64,000 nucleotides of DNA. Source: a virus. The DNA is taken from positions 9,891 through 73,890 of IMG/VR virus record IMGVR_UViG_3300032083_003901. The stretch is one strand, 5' to 3'. Shown here piece after piece: positions 40,812 to 50,358 of this stretch. Under the pieces are notes generated by a model. That model saw only the letters and a program-made list of their open reading frames with translations. It searched no databases and was not told the origin of the DNA. The first letter of the stretch is position 1; the number at the start of each line of letters is the position of its first letter. A program made the translations under genes and the position numbers.

Positions 40812-42122
40812 GTGAAAAACAAAAAGATTGAACAGCAAATTCGCTACCTAGAAAGCAAGAGAAAGTTCGAAAAGCTCCTGCGTGAAAACAAGGCTTTACA
40901 CGAATGGGATGACCCTTACGGTCCGGATTCGGGGCTGTTTTCTGCAATTGGCAAAGCCTTCGGTGACATCTTCAAGAGCCTGAAACTAACTGCCATGGAC
41001 ATATCGAACGAGTTCAGGTGGCTCGGCCAGCAGTTTCTGTACAGAAAGAACCCGGAAAAGTTGGAAAAAGCCAGATCCGACTACAAACGAAAGTACGACA
41101 AGCTGCTCAAAGAGTGGGAGCCAATCGTCAAAGACAGCATGGATGCCATTAAAAACGCAGATCCTTTCATGACAATCGCTTTGGCACCTAACCTCTTTCT
41201 GGCGACGAAAGGCATTCAGGCCGGTGTCGCAGCTGGCAAAAATGCCGCAGAGATTATTGCCGCTGAGGACTGGGAGTCGATCCGAGCAAAGATGAACAAG
41301 TTCCAGACAGGCACACCAGAAAATCCGCAAGCCGGAACAGAGTTAGGTATGGGTGCCCTTTACGATGAAATGCGCAAACAGGGAAATTTGCTCATGAGGT
41401 TGACTAATCTGTTTTCAGGCACATCGGCATCCAAAGCTCCAGCTGCCAAGGGATCCAAAGGAACCAAAAACGAGTCTCGCTTACTGGAACAAGCCGATGA
41501 CAGAATTACAGATCCGAATGAATGGCTAGATACTTTCTTCAAGTTGACAGGCATCGATCAAGAATTTGATGCAGCAGCTTCAGAAATGTTGGCAGACAAA
41601 ATTGTCCTGATGCAAGAAATAATACCAACCATTGAAGCATCCAACGCCGTAATCAAGCTAGTCTCGACTGCAAACTTAGAAGAATTTGCAAAGATAACAC
41701 AGGAAATCGCTAGAGATTCAGCGCTTTCATCTGATGCTATCGGAGGCATGAAAAGCGTCATGGCAGATATCCAGGAGCAGAGTCGAAAACTGGCCTCATC
41801 GGAAGAGTTCAGAAATCAGCTCGCGAATGTTGAAAACAAAGCAATTGAGCAGATGACAGACGATGAAGTAATGAAGGCTGCGTCAGCCATAGTTTTCAAA
41901 CAGGCAAAGACCAAGTTTGACCAGCAATACATCTCAGATCTGAAAGCTTTTGATGACATTATCCAGGGTTCTAGAAAAGATCTTGAGACCGATAATCAGA
42001 CCCTTTCTTTGGTAAAGAAGAGAAAAGATTTGCCAGAATCTTCTGAGTTTTTGAAAGTTTACGATCAATACGACAAGCTGTATAAAGAGTTCAAGAATTT
42101 GAAACAACGCTTGCGCGTATAG
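40812..42122 (+). CDS. Hypothetical protein (probable virion/internal)
   Basis: 436 aa; AGGAG RBS; LES/LRE/LLE motifs. Confidence 0.65.
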   Translation: MKNKKIEQQIRYLESKRKFEKLLRENKALHEWDDPYGPDSGLFSAIGKAFGDIFKSLKLTAMDISNEFRWLGQQFLYRKNPEKLEKARSDYKRKYDKLLKEWEPIVKDSMDAIKNADPFMTIALAPNLFLATKGIQAGVAAGKNAAEIIAAEDWESIRAKMNKFQTGTPENPQAGTELGMGALYDEMRKQGNLLMRLTNLFSGTSASKAPAAKGSKGTKNESRLLEQADDRITDPNEWLDTFFKLTGIDQEFDAAASEMLADKIVLMQEIIPTIEASNAVIKLVSTANLEEFAKITQEIARDSALSSDAIGGMKSVMADIQEQSRKLASSEEFRNQLANVENKAIEQMTDDEVMKAASAIVFKQAKTKFDQQYISDLKAFDDIIQGSRKDLETDNQTLSLVKKRKDLPESSEFLKVYDQYDKLYKEFKNLKQRLRV

Positions 42123-42129
42123 AGGTCGT

Positions 42130-42474
42130 ATGAAAAACAACTGGGTTCCTGAGATTTATTACGAAGAGGCCGATGAAAACGGCCTAACCAGCCACATTCC
42201 TTTCATTGCTGTCCCAGATGAAGAAGAAATGCCAAAATTTCTTTTCGTCTTTGAGTCTCGTGAAACTGGAGAGTTCGAGCCTGGTCCGGACGGTGAAGAT
42301 CTGCCAGTGACACAAATGGATCTTCATCAGTATGCTGACATGTCAGTTCTTAAAGAAGGATTAGATCCTCAAAGTTTCGATCAAGTAAGAGCAGTTTTGG
42401 GCTTGCAGCCACTATCAGAAGCTGCAGCAGCTGGCAGCCGCATTACCGAAAGAGTTCGGGCCTCACTTTCGTAG
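42130..42474 (+). CDS. Hypothetical protein
   Basis: 114 aa, GAGG RBS. Confidence 0.65.
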   Translation: MKNNWVPEIYYEEADENGLTSHIPFIAVPDEEEMPKFLFVFESRETGEFEPGPDGEDLPVTQMDLHQYADMSVLKEGLDPQSFDQVRAVLGLQPLSEAAAAGSRITERVRASLS

Positions 42475-42478
42475 TTTT

Positions 42479-42507
42479 GTGTAAAGAAATCTAATACGTG
42501 TTATAAT
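42479..42507 (+). promoter_or_regulatory. GTGTAA-N17-TATAAT promoter
   Basis: Exact motif upstream of the nuclease gene. Confidence 0.7.
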
Positions 42508-42535
42508 GATCTCATAGTTCTGCTAGGAGGTCTCT

Positions 42536-43201
42536 ATGAGCTACATTTCTCGTAACGCTGTCCATTCTGCTTTGGCAAGTATGAAGCAATTCCATCAGGA
42601 TTTGCAAACGCTGCATAGAAATTATGGACTGTGCATGCTTGATAATACCGGGCGACGAAACATTCTTATGTCGTCCGCACAAGAAGAGTTCTTTGCTCAA
42701 GAGCTATCAAAATCTTACACCGGTGTCAGCAACAATGGCAAAACCGGCGAGCCTGACATTCTCATTGGCGAGCTCGATAAAGAGCTCGAGTGCAAAATTA
42801 CAACGCCTACCCCTACAGGCGGAATAAACCTACAAACAGATTATGCCACTTTGGCCAAAAAAGGTGAACTTGATTACCTTTACGTTGTGGCTGACAGGGA
42901 ATTTGAAAAATTCGTTGTGCTTCACTATATTGGTCTTACGAAAGATGACTTTGCAGTACCAAGCGAGTCATCTAGGGGTAAGGCTAAATTGACTAAACAT
43001 ATTGCTGAATCAAAGTGTAAAGTCTTGTGGGGTAACGTGCGTAGCAAGAATGAAATTGAGCTAGCCAAACTTCAAAAGAAACTGTCGGAATGCAGTGATC
43101 GTGCTGTTAAAGGCAAACAGAAAATCATGCGTTCAATTGATTACTGGCAGAAACAACCAACTAACTTTGTTTATGATTTCGAGGAATTGAATCGTGTATA
43201 A
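42536..43201 (+). CDS. PD-(D/E)xK nuclease (restriction-endonuclease-like)
   Basis: QEEFFA..GEPDILIGELDKELECKIT; AGGAGG RBS. Confidence 0.65.
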   Translation: MSYISRNAVHSALASMKQFHQDLQTLHRNYGLCMLDNTGRRNILMSSAQEEFFAQELSKSYTGVSNNGKTGEPDILIGELDKELECKITTPTPTGGINLQTDYATLAKKGELDYLYVVADREFEKFVVLHYIGLTKDDFAVPSESSRGKAKLTKHIAESKCKVLWGNVRSKNEIELAKLQKKLSECSDRAVKGKQKIMRSIDYWQKQPTNFVYDFEELNRV

Positions 43202-43691
43202 GATCGGACAAGTCCTTTACATCATCTCTAGCAGCACAAAAGCGATTGAGCCTGTTCAGGTTCATTCTAAGCAGACGCTAGAATCATGGGAAGGAACAAC
43301 AGTTCAGCACATGTGTTCCACTGTGGATGAAAAAATAATATCTCTAGAAGACCATGGCAAAAAAGGCTTAATAGCTGGGTCATTCGAGACGGTCGAAGAA
43401 GCCCAAGCACATTTGCTAAAATTGGCTGCCAATATGGTTGCCAGCTTAGCTGTAAAAGCTAGGGAGCAAGCTCGAGCTTTTGAGAAGCCAGTTAGCGAGG
43501 ATCAAGAGCTTCCAGTGCCAGAAGAAGAGCCAGAGCAGAATAAAGAGCCGGCAGAGCAAAGTTTTCCAGAGCCTGCTCCTGAGCAACCTCCTGTCTCTCA
43601 ATCGCGCCCAAGGACTCCTCGCGGTGTGCAGATGATAACTTTGCCTGATGGAACTCGTGCTCGAGTTCATCTACCAGCGGATATGCAATGA
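43194..43691 (+). CDS. Hypothetical protein
   Basis: 165 aa with a Pro/Glu-rich linker. Confidence 0.6.
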   Translation: MYKIGQVLYIISSSTKAIEPVQVHSKQTLESWEGTTVQHMCSTVDEKIISLEDHGKKGLIAGSFETVEEAQAHLLKLAANMVASLAVKAREQARAFEKPVSEDQELPVPEEEPEQNKEPAEQSFPEPAPEQPPVSQSRPRTPRGVQMITLPDGTRARVHLPADMQ

Positions 43692-44506
43692 AAAATGTAC
43701 TAATCATTGACACGATGAACTTGATGCACCGAGCCCGATACGGTTTTGGTGATGGTCCGCATAAAGTATTCTTTAATTTCTTTCGAATGCTCAAAGGAGA
43801 ATTGAAGAACCACGATCCGAATCTCGTGTACATCGTTGATGAAGGCCACGCGTCAATTTCGAAAGAATTGTCAGCTGATTATAAGGCCAATCGTCAAAAG
43901 ACAGATGATCCAGAATTTTGGCGAGAAAAGTCTGAAATCTTGCACACAATTATCAATCAGTCTGGATTTGTTTATATTCGGCACCCAGAGCGCGAGTGCG
44001 ATGATGTCATTGGTCATTTAGCAACTGTTGCTCATAAAGATGATATCGTGACAATCGTTTCGACAGATAGCGATTTTATTCAGCTGATTTCTGACAGAGT
44101 TAGACTTTGGCATCCAAAGAAAAAGAAGTATCTCGATCCTTGGCATTGCGACTACTTGACGTGGAAAGCTCTAAAGGGCGATCCAACTGACAATGTCTCT
44201 GGAGTTTCCGGTATCGGTGCCAAGCGAGCAGACGCTTTGACGCAGAATCCAGATGAGCTACTAAAATTTTTGAATGAAGGTGAAAAATCTGCTGAACGAC
44301 GACAACAATTCAAGACATCTTACGAATTGATCAAACTAAAAAGTGTTCCCTTAGAGGGTTTACAGGTAGCTCAATCCGATTTTATTGAAAATCAGATGTT
44401 TGAAGAGTTTCAAAAACGCAACTGTAAGTCTATAATTGGAAAGGCTTGGCCAAAGTGGATTGAAGCTTTCAATAAGGCTGGAGGAAAAAGTGATTTTAAA
44501 TACTAA
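43688..44506 (+). CDS. Second 5'-3' exonuclease/flap endonuclease
   Basis: IIDTMN, YKANR, ECDDVIG, STDSDFIQL, GDPTDNVSGVSGIG. Confidence 0.9.
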   Translation: MKNVLIIDTMNLMHRARYGFGDGPHKVFFNFFRMLKGELKNHDPNLVYIVDEGHASISKELSADYKANRQKTDDPEFWREKSEILHTIINQSGFVYIRHPERECDDVIGHLATVAHKDDIVTIVSTDSDFIQLISDRVRLWHPKKKKYLDPWHCDYLTWKALKGDPTDNVSGVSGIGAKRADALTQNPDELLKFLNEGEKSAERRQQFKTSYELIKLKSVPLEGLQVAQSDFIENQMFEEFQKRNCKSIIGKAWPKWIEAFNKAGGKSDFKY

Positions 44507-44690
44507 GCAAATGCTACAAGCAGATCAGATTTCGCAACTAAGACAACAGGGCGTCATCAATGAAAGAGAATACGCTTACATTGCTGGTGATCTTCTAGTA
44601 GCAGAAAATGTAACCACGTCTGAAAGGAGAGTTATCGGCAACGCTCGAGAAGTCCTTACAGAAGGTACAAGGCAGGTGCTACGAGGATGA
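44490..44690 (+). CDS. Hypothetical small protein
   Basis: GTG start with GGAGG; coupled to GroEL. Confidence 0.55.
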   Translation: MILNTKQMLQADQISQLRQQGVINEREYAYIAGDLLVAENVTTSERRVIGNAREVLTEGTRQVLRG

Positions 44691-46306
44691 GCACAACCAT
44701 GGAGTTCGGGTCGGAAGCTCGAGCAAAATTGATAGCTGGTGTAGACAAGCTGGCCGCTGCGGTAAAAGTGACTCTTGGCCCAATGGGCAAAACAGTTGCG
44801 ATTAGTCGTGATGGCGAAGTTCCACATTTGACTAAGGACGGTGTCACAGTTGCCAGCGCTGTATTTTTGAGCGATCAATATGAGAATATTGGCGCCTCTT
44901 TGGTTCGTGAGGCAGCTCAGAGATCTGCAGCTGTTGCTGGTGATGGCACTACTACATCAACAGTCTTGGCGCATGAGATTATCAAGAATGGTGAAAAGGT
45001 AATCTCTGCCGGCCATAATGTTGTTGATGTTATTGCCGGCATGCGAGATGCTGCCGAGAAAGTAGTCAATGTTCTAAATAAAACACGCGTTGAAATCGAT
45101 TCTGATACGCTAGTTGATGTTGCTACCATTTCAGCCAACGGAGACAGGGAACTCGGAGAAATAATCAGCAATGCAATTAACCGAGTTGGTCCGGATGGTG
45201 CAGTCTCAGTTCAGGATGCCAAAGGATACGATACAACTCTAACAGTTGTAGACGGAACTTATATCGATCGTGGATATGAGTCGCCTTATTTCGTTACTGA
45301 CACTGCAAAGCAAGTAGCAGAACTCGAGTCTCCGGAAGTGCTCATCATCAACGACGAACTGTCTGCTGTTGCTCCTTTGGTTCCAGTTTTGGAGCATATT
45401 GCAGCTACCGGCGGAAGCCTTTTGATTGTATGCAATGCTGTAGGCGGCGAAGCTCTCCAAGCCCTTGTTTTGAACAGAGTGAAAGCAGGACTTAAGGTTT
45501 GCGTCATTAGGTCACCTGAGTTTGCAGGAGCACGAGTCACTGCGTTGCAAGACCTAGCTTGCCTTGTTGGTGCGCAAGTTGTTACCAATGCGCGAGAACC
45601 TCTGAAGCGCGAAGAATTAGAAAACATCTTGGGCAAAGTGAAAAAAGCAACTGTCACAAACAAGACAACTTTGCTTTTTGGCACCAAACAAACCGAAGAT
45701 GCAAAAGAAAGGCTGCAATCGGCACGCGATGTTTTGGATGATCCAGCGGCATCGGTTGATGATAAGAAAATTGCTGAAAGGCGCATGAAAAGGCTGAGCG
45801 ACGGCATTGCTGTCATTCAAGTCGGAGGCGCTACAGAAGGCGAGATGATTGAGCGCCGAGACCGTGTTGATGATGCATTGCACGCCGCCAGAGCGGCCCT
45901 GAAGGAAGGTGTTCAGCCTGGAGGTGGTGTAGCATTAGCCAGAGCAAAGAAAGCCATTAGGCGCAATTTTCTAGGCAAAAAGTATGAAACCTACGGCGTC
46001 GGTGCATTAGCATTCTTAGACGCCCTAGATGCTCCACTCAGGCAAATCGCTGAGAATTGTGGAGTTTCACCAGACCTTGTTGTTCAAAAGATCAATAGAA
46101 TTTCTACTGATCACGGCTATGATGGCAAGAACGACAAGTACGGAAACATGTTTGAATTGGGAATCCTCGATCCGCACGCAGTCGTGGTTTCTGCAGTAGA
46201 ACATAGTTTGTCAGTTTCGTGTAATTTGTTGTCCATTGGGTGTATAATAGCAGAGGAAGACGGCAATAGTGCCGGTTCTGATGTTGCCTATTTCGATGAT
46301 GTCTAA
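44687..46306 (+). CDS. groEL: GroEL-like chaperonin
   Basis: VKVTLGP, TKDGVTVA, AGDGTTT, ISANGD, RVDDAL.A.RAA..EG..PGGG. Confidence 0.95.
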   Translation: MSTTMEFGSEARAKLIAGVDKLAAAVKVTLGPMGKTVAISRDGEVPHLTKDGVTVASAVFLSDQYENIGASLVREAAQRSAAVAGDGTTTSTVLAHEIIKNGEKVISAGHNVVDVIAGMRDAAEKVVNVLNKTRVEIDSDTLVDVATISANGDRELGEIISNAINRVGPDGAVSVQDAKGYDTTLTVVDGTYIDRGYESPYFVTDTAKQVAELESPEVLIINDELSAVAPLVPVLEHIAATGGSLLIVCNAVGGEALQALVLNRVKAGLKVCVIRSPEFAGARVTALQDLACLVGAQVVTNAREPLKREELENILGKVKKATVTNKTTLLFGTKQTEDAKERLQSARDVLDDPAASVDDKKIAERRMKRLSDGIAVIQVGGATEGEMIERRDRVDDALHAARAALKEGVQPGGGVALARAKKAIRRNFLGKKYETYGVGALAFLDALDAPLRQIAENCGVSPDLVVQKINRISTDHGYDGKNDKYGNMFELGILDPHAVVVSAVEHSLSVSCNLLSIGCIIAEEDGNSAGSDVAYFDDV

Positions 46307-46319
46307 GGAGAATATAAAG

Positions 46320-46511
46320 ATGGCATACACTGTACCTAAGTTTGGTTACGAAGAGATTGTGGCAATGACTGATGATGAGCTTTTTGATAACGTAAAGCGA
46401 CTCAAGCGAATCATCACAAAACGCAAAAAAGCAAACCAGCCTACAGAGGAAGCTGAAGTTGAGATTTGCTATTTGCAGGCGGAGGCTCAGAATCGAGGAC
46501 ACAGAGTATAA
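46320..46511 (+). CDS. Hypothetical small protein
   Basis: AAGGAG RBS; EVEICYLQ. Confidence 0.55.
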   Translation: MAYTVPKFGYEEIVAMTDDELFDNVKRLKRIITKRKKANQPTEEAEVEICYLQAEAQNRGHRV

Positions 46512-46551
46512 CTTATTTTTTGTGCAACGCTGAGCTCAATTAGGAGACAAT

Positions 46552-47259
46552 ATGAAAGCAATGAATTCAATTTTTGATGTAGCCGGCAAAACACCGCTAC
46601 TAACTGCAGAAGAAGAAGTAGCACTTTCGAAGCGCATTGAGGCAGGAGATTCTGCCGCAAGAGACAAGATGATTCAAGCGAATCTTCGGTTGGCGCTCAG
46701 CGTTGTCAAGAAATACTCCAAGAGAGGCGTAGACTTAGAAGACCTTTTTCAAGAATCAGTGATTGGTCTTGCACATGCAGTCGATCGTTTTGATTGGAAG
46801 AAAGGTTTTAAGTTTTCCACTTATGCTTACTGGTGGATCCAGCAGTCAGTGCGCCAGTACTTGGCATCCAATACCGGTCCAATCAATCTACCATCTAACA
46901 CTTTTTCTAAGCTCTACAAGATTTCTGAGTTTGAAAAAGAGTATCAAAAAGAGTTTGGTAAAAAGCCGTCTGATGCAGAAGTTGCCGACATGTTCGGAAC
47001 CACTTCAGCAACTCTTCGTTCTCTGAAGCAGTCGGCGGCTCGAACTCTTTCGCTCGATGCTCCGGCTTATCGGTCGGAAGATTCAGGATCTCGAGCAACG
47101 TTGGCCGATGTCATTCCTAGCAATGCAATGTCCGTCGAAGAGAGCATCGATAATCAGCGTTTGCAGGCTAAGATCAATGAAGTCCTATCTTCTCTCACTG
47201 AGAGGGAGAAGACAATCATCAAGATGCGTTTTGGAATTGAAGACCAGGAGGATAAATAA
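46552..47259 (+). CDS. Sigma70-family (RpoD/RpoS-like) factor lacking region 4.2
   Basis: LLTAEEE, ANLRL, DLFQE, GFKFSTYAYWWI, LSLDAP, LTEREK.II.MRFG and then a stop after IEDQEDK. Confidence 0.9.
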   Translation: MKAMNSIFDVAGKTPLLTAEEEVALSKRIEAGDSAARDKMIQANLRLALSVVKKYSKRGVDLEDLFQESVIGLAHAVDRFDWKKGFKFSTYAYWWIQQSVRQYLASNTGPINLPSNTFSKLYKISEFEKEYQKEFGKKPSDAEVADMFGTTSATLRSLKQSAARTLSLDAPAYRSEDSGSRATLADVIPSNAMSVEESIDNQRLQAKINEVLSSLTEREKTIIKMRFGIEDQEDK

Positions 47260-47260
47260 T

Positions 47261-47542
47261 ATGGCAATGCCCAAAGGAAAAAAGTTTGACAATGGCTACT
47301 GTTCCATTTCCGATATTCCTAATGCAAAAAACTATCGTCAGATCTCTGTCGAATGTAAGCACCGTGGAATGAAGATTGGACCTTCGAACGTTCGTAACGT
47401 TCTTTTGTCTGCAATGCACAAGATTGCTAAGCCTATCTGTGAAGAAAGGGGCATGAGTTTAAAAGAAGAAGACGTGATGAGAATTGCAAAGAATCCGCAA
47501 TTCCAGTTGAGCGTTGCTTCGCTAATCAAGGAGATTGACTAA
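47261..47542 (+). CDS. Small HTH protein resembling sigma region 4.2
   Basis: AGGAGG RBS; NYRQISVEC..GMKIGPSNVRNVLLSAMHKI parallels TLEEIG..GVSRERVRQIE..ALRKL. Confidence 0.55.
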   Translation: MAMPKGKKFDNGYCSISDIPNAKNYRQISVECKHRGMKIGPSNVRNVLLSAMHKIAKPICEERGMSLKEEDVMRIAKNPQFQLSVASLIKEID

Positions 47543-47910
47543 TGGCAACATGGGATTTTATTTCAAAACGCCGACGAATTCGTTTGGCAAATTTTGTTGA
47601 GGGTGCAAATACCCTAGAAGAGGCACTGGCTATTTTTCATCGAAAAAAAGTGAGTCCTCCAACTGACGGTACACTTGAGGCTCTTTTTGAGACAGCAGTT
47701 GCTGAAGAACGGCTGGAGGAGCTCGAAGAGCAGCCAACAGTAGAACTGGTGCAAGATGAAACTGTAGAATCTGAAGATGTACCAGAGCTAACTGCTAAGA
47801 AGCAAACTGGATTTTCTAATTCCAAAAAGGGAAATAGCAAAAAGAAGAAAAAGTATGCTTCTAAAAAGACGAGCACTACAAATGAATCTGAATCAGAGAA
47901 CGACGTCTGA
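47542..47910 (+). CDS. Hypothetical protein
   Basis: AAGGAG RBS; basic C-terminus. Confidence 0.6.
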   Translation: MATWDFISKRRRIRLANFVEGANTLEEALAIFHRKKVSPPTDGTLEALFETAVAEERLEELEEQPTVELVQDETVESEDVPELTAKKQTGFSNSKKGNSKKKKKYASKKTSTTNESESENDV

Positions 47911-48094
47911 AACTGGTTCGCTTGTCATTTTGAGGCAGGGCATTTACAACTCTGGAATTGTAGGTGGAAAGCGAATTAGGATTCGAGAAAAAACCCCGGG
48001 ACTGGTTACCGATCGCTTTGGCGAGCAAGTGTTGGTCTCAATTAACGAAGGATGCACTGTTTTAGTGCACGTAAATGCCTGTGAAGAAGTTTAG
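47882..48094 (+). CDS. Hypothetical small protein
   Basis: Short ORF in tandem array. Confidence 0.35.
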   Translation: MNLNQRTTSETGSLVILRQGIYNSGIVGGKRIRIREKTPGLVTDRFGEQVLVSINEGCTVLVHVNACEEV

Positions 48095-48257
48095 CAAAAT
48101 TTTAGAAATTGTGTGCGCTGCAGCAATTGCTTTGAACACTGTTATGATTTTGCATAATATTATCTACGAGAATCACTCAGCAGCAGTGATTAATTTTTTT
48201 AGTGGTATTTTACTAATTTTCGCTTATGAAAATAGGAGAAACAAGAATGACAAATAA
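48075..48257 (+). CDS. Small two-TM membrane protein
   Basis: Two hydrophobic stretches. Confidence 0.45.
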   Translation: MPVKKFSKILEIVCAAAIALNTVMILHNIIYENHSAAVINFFSGILLIFAYENRRNKNDK

Positions 48258-48492
48258 CGACGTTAAAGAACTTTTTGAGCGATACATGAACATTGAGGGC
48301 GAGATCAAGATGCTTCAAGAAGATAAGAAGCAAGTGCTTTCTGAGTTCAAGGATCGCGTTGAGCCGAAGGTTTTTAAAGCCGCTCTTTCTGCCGTTCGAA
48401 CAAAGTCGAAGCTCAAGGCTCATGAGGCCAATGAGTACGATCAAGTTTTTATGTTGCTGGAGAGCGAAATTTGTATTGACCATATTTCTTAG
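48247..48492 (+). CDS. GapR/DUF2312- or T4 DsbA-like DNA-binding protein
   Basis: LFERYMNIEGEIKMLQEDKKQVLSEFK..VEPKVFKAAL; AGGAG RBS. Confidence 0.55.
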   Translation: MTNNDVKELFERYMNIEGEIKMLQEDKKQVLSEFKDRVEPKVFKAALSAVRTKSKLKAHEANEYDQVFMLLESEICIDHIS

Positions 48493-48496
48493 CGGC

Positions 48497-48526
48497 GTGT
48501 AATTTTGTGGTCAGCTGTGGTATAAT
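48497..48526 (+). promoter_or_regulatory. GTGTAA-N18-TATAAT promoter
   Basis: Motif with an 18-nt spacer. Confidence 0.65.
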
Positions 48527-48543
48527 AACTTTCGGAGGTAAAC

Positions 48544-49173
48544 ATGTACTGTCAACATTGCGATTCTGAAATAACTACAGCTGACCACGGGATCGGTAAA
48601 ATCAACGAATGTCGCGACTGCGCTCAGGATGTAGAGCGCTATGTCGGACACATGATCTGGGATCACAAGACTGCGCCAGTCATAGAGATTCATGCCGGCA
48701 AAGATTCCCTCAATGCTCTCAAGGATGGCCGATATAATCGAGGCCTCAAACTAGTTCGTGAAGTTAAAGAACGTTCCCGCCGACGAGAAGGCGACTGTGA
48801 TGGCACCAGTGTTTCACTCAAGCCGTTTCGTCGTAAGACAATGTCTCTCAGCAAGCCCAAGACTGCTAACAGGGCAAGTTACACTAAAGTCGAAATGAGA
48901 AGCGGCAAAGGCAGAACGTTTACATCGTTTCCAGTCAAACTAGTAGAAGCAGCTAGATCCAGCAATTTTGAGCCTAGCACCATGTCTGAAGAAAGACTTA
49001 TGGTCTTACTTGGTTGTGCAAAACTGCCTGCTCGAGCCTTGCAGTCCTCTAGGATCAATGTTTGGCGAGATGAAAAAGGTTTTTATGTTCAACATAAAGA
49101 AAAACCTACCGACTCTGGCTTAGATCAAGAAACTTTGAGATCTTTGAGCTATCGAGCAGCAAATTACCGTTGA
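48544..49173 (+). CDS. Hypothetical protein with N-terminal CxxC..CxxC zinc ribbon
   Basis: CQHC, CRDC; GGAGG RBS. Confidence 0.6.
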   Translation: MYCQHCDSEITTADHGIGKINECRDCAQDVERYVGHMIWDHKTAPVIEIHAGKDSLNALKDGRYNRGLKLVREVKERSRRREGDCDGTSVSLKPFRRKTMSLSKPKTANRASYTKVEMRSGKGRTFTSFPVKLVEAARSSNFEPSTMSEERLMVLLGCAKLPARALQSSRINVWRDEKGFYVQHKEKPTDSGLDQETLRSLSYRAANYR

Positions 49174-49175
49174 AT

Positions 49176-49185
49176 GTGATATTTA
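49176..49185 (+). promoter_or_regulatory. Putative late promoter GTGATATTTA
   Basis: Exact copy. Confidence 0.7.
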
Positions 49186-49205
49186 GAGTCACAGACGAGG
49201 TAATC

Positions 49206-49799
49206 ATGCGCAAAAACTCACGAAAGCTTCTCAGAGAAGCTAAACAAGATTTAGATCTAGCTGTTGTTAAAGCACTCTGCAGTGCTCCTCTTCGGCCAGT
49301 TGAACTTGACGAACTCTTAGCTGTATCGGAAAGCGATCTCATGAGAGATCATGATTGTGATCTGTACATGGCAGAAAAAGTCAAGCAACACGCCAAAAGA
49401 GAACAGTATCGCCTTCGAGCTCAGGATCTTTACACTCCTGCTGAAGATACTGAAGAGCTCTATCCCCAAAAGCCTTACACTCGAACTTCACCCATGAACG
49501 AAAATGCCGGCGAGGGCAGAATGCTTGACTACGGCCATGTAGTGAGTGATTCTCGAGAAGGTAAGATGGCAAAAAAGGCGCTGCGTAACATTGCGGTCGA
49601 CGCTTACCGATTGCATCAGCTGCTAAACGACGAAGACGACCTGCCGCAGTGGTGCCACTACAAAATTGCTCAGTCTGATGCAATGATGAATTCTGTGCGT
49701 GAATACCTCGAGTACAAACTCGAGCGTCAGGGTGAAGACACGCCCGGCGAGCTTGAGGTCTTTGTGGGCAATGAGCCCGAGGAGGGTTTCAATGTCTAA
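49206..49799 (+). CDS. Conserved phage hypothetical protein
   Basis: EGKMAK...LPQWCHYKIAQ....SVREYL domain, familiar from large myophage proteins. Confidence 0.6.
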   Translation: MRKNSRKLLREAKQDLDLAVVKALCSAPLRPVELDELLAVSESDLMRDHDCDLYMAEKVKQHAKREQYRLRAQDLYTPAEDTEELYPQKPYTRTSPMNENAGEGRMLDYGHVVSDSREGKMAKKALRNIAVDAYRLHQLLNDEDDLPQWCHYKIAQSDAMMNSVREYLEYKLERQGEDTPGELEVFVGNEPEEGFNV

Positions 49800-50358
49800 T
49801 CAAATCAATGAATGTCCAGCTAGCGAAGCAGCAGAGGCACAGTTCGTAGCAAAAGCCCTAGGAGGCCTACAGCAAGACGGCGGGAAGGAACTTCTAGTCA
49901 CACGCCTGAGCCAATACCTCGGCATGCTCAGGGCAATGCACCTTTGGTTCCACGGAGCTCATCACGTAACTCGCGGTGCTGCCTTTGGTGGAGACCACGT
50001 TGACGTCTTCGGACGCATCTACGAAGCCATTCAGGCAGAGATGGACGGAGCTGTTGAAAAAGCAGTTGGCGTCACCGGCGATGAGGGCATTGCTTGTCCT
50101 ATGCACATTACACAGTTAGCTCTGCAAGCGATGAGCAACTATCCATCACCACCTGCTATTTCTTCATTGGCCATGGCTGCTGTCGGCCTCGAGATGGAAA
50201 AGCACTACATTGAAATGGTGACACAGATGTTTGAAGAGCTCGAAGGTCACGGCGCACTTTCCCTAGGCCTCAATGACTTCTTGGCAGCGTCGGCCAATGC
50301 ACATGAGACGCACGTTTACCTTCTACAACAAAGAGTCAAGACCGAGTTGGAGAACTAA
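49792..50358 (+). CDS. Ferritin/Dps-like protein
   Basis: HGAHHVTRG..F.GDH..F..IYE....D..VEK; HETHVYLL. Confidence 0.7.
   Translation: MSNQINECPASEAAEAQFVAKALGGLQQDGGKELLVTRLSQYLGMLRAMHLWFHGAHHVTRGAAFGGDHVDVFGRIYEAIQAEMDGAVEKAVGVTGDEGIACPMHITQLALQAMSNYPSPPAISSLAMAAVGLEMEKHYIEMVTQMFEELEGHGALSLGLNDFLAASANAHETHVYLLQQRVKTELEN

Noticed and set aside
47057-47260. 161-aa ORF as called, or a programmed frameshift fusing it to sigma
   Set aside because: The upstream part overlaps sigma and looks non-coding; ATG 47261 has a strong RBS; no obvious slippery site. Not fully excluded without reads
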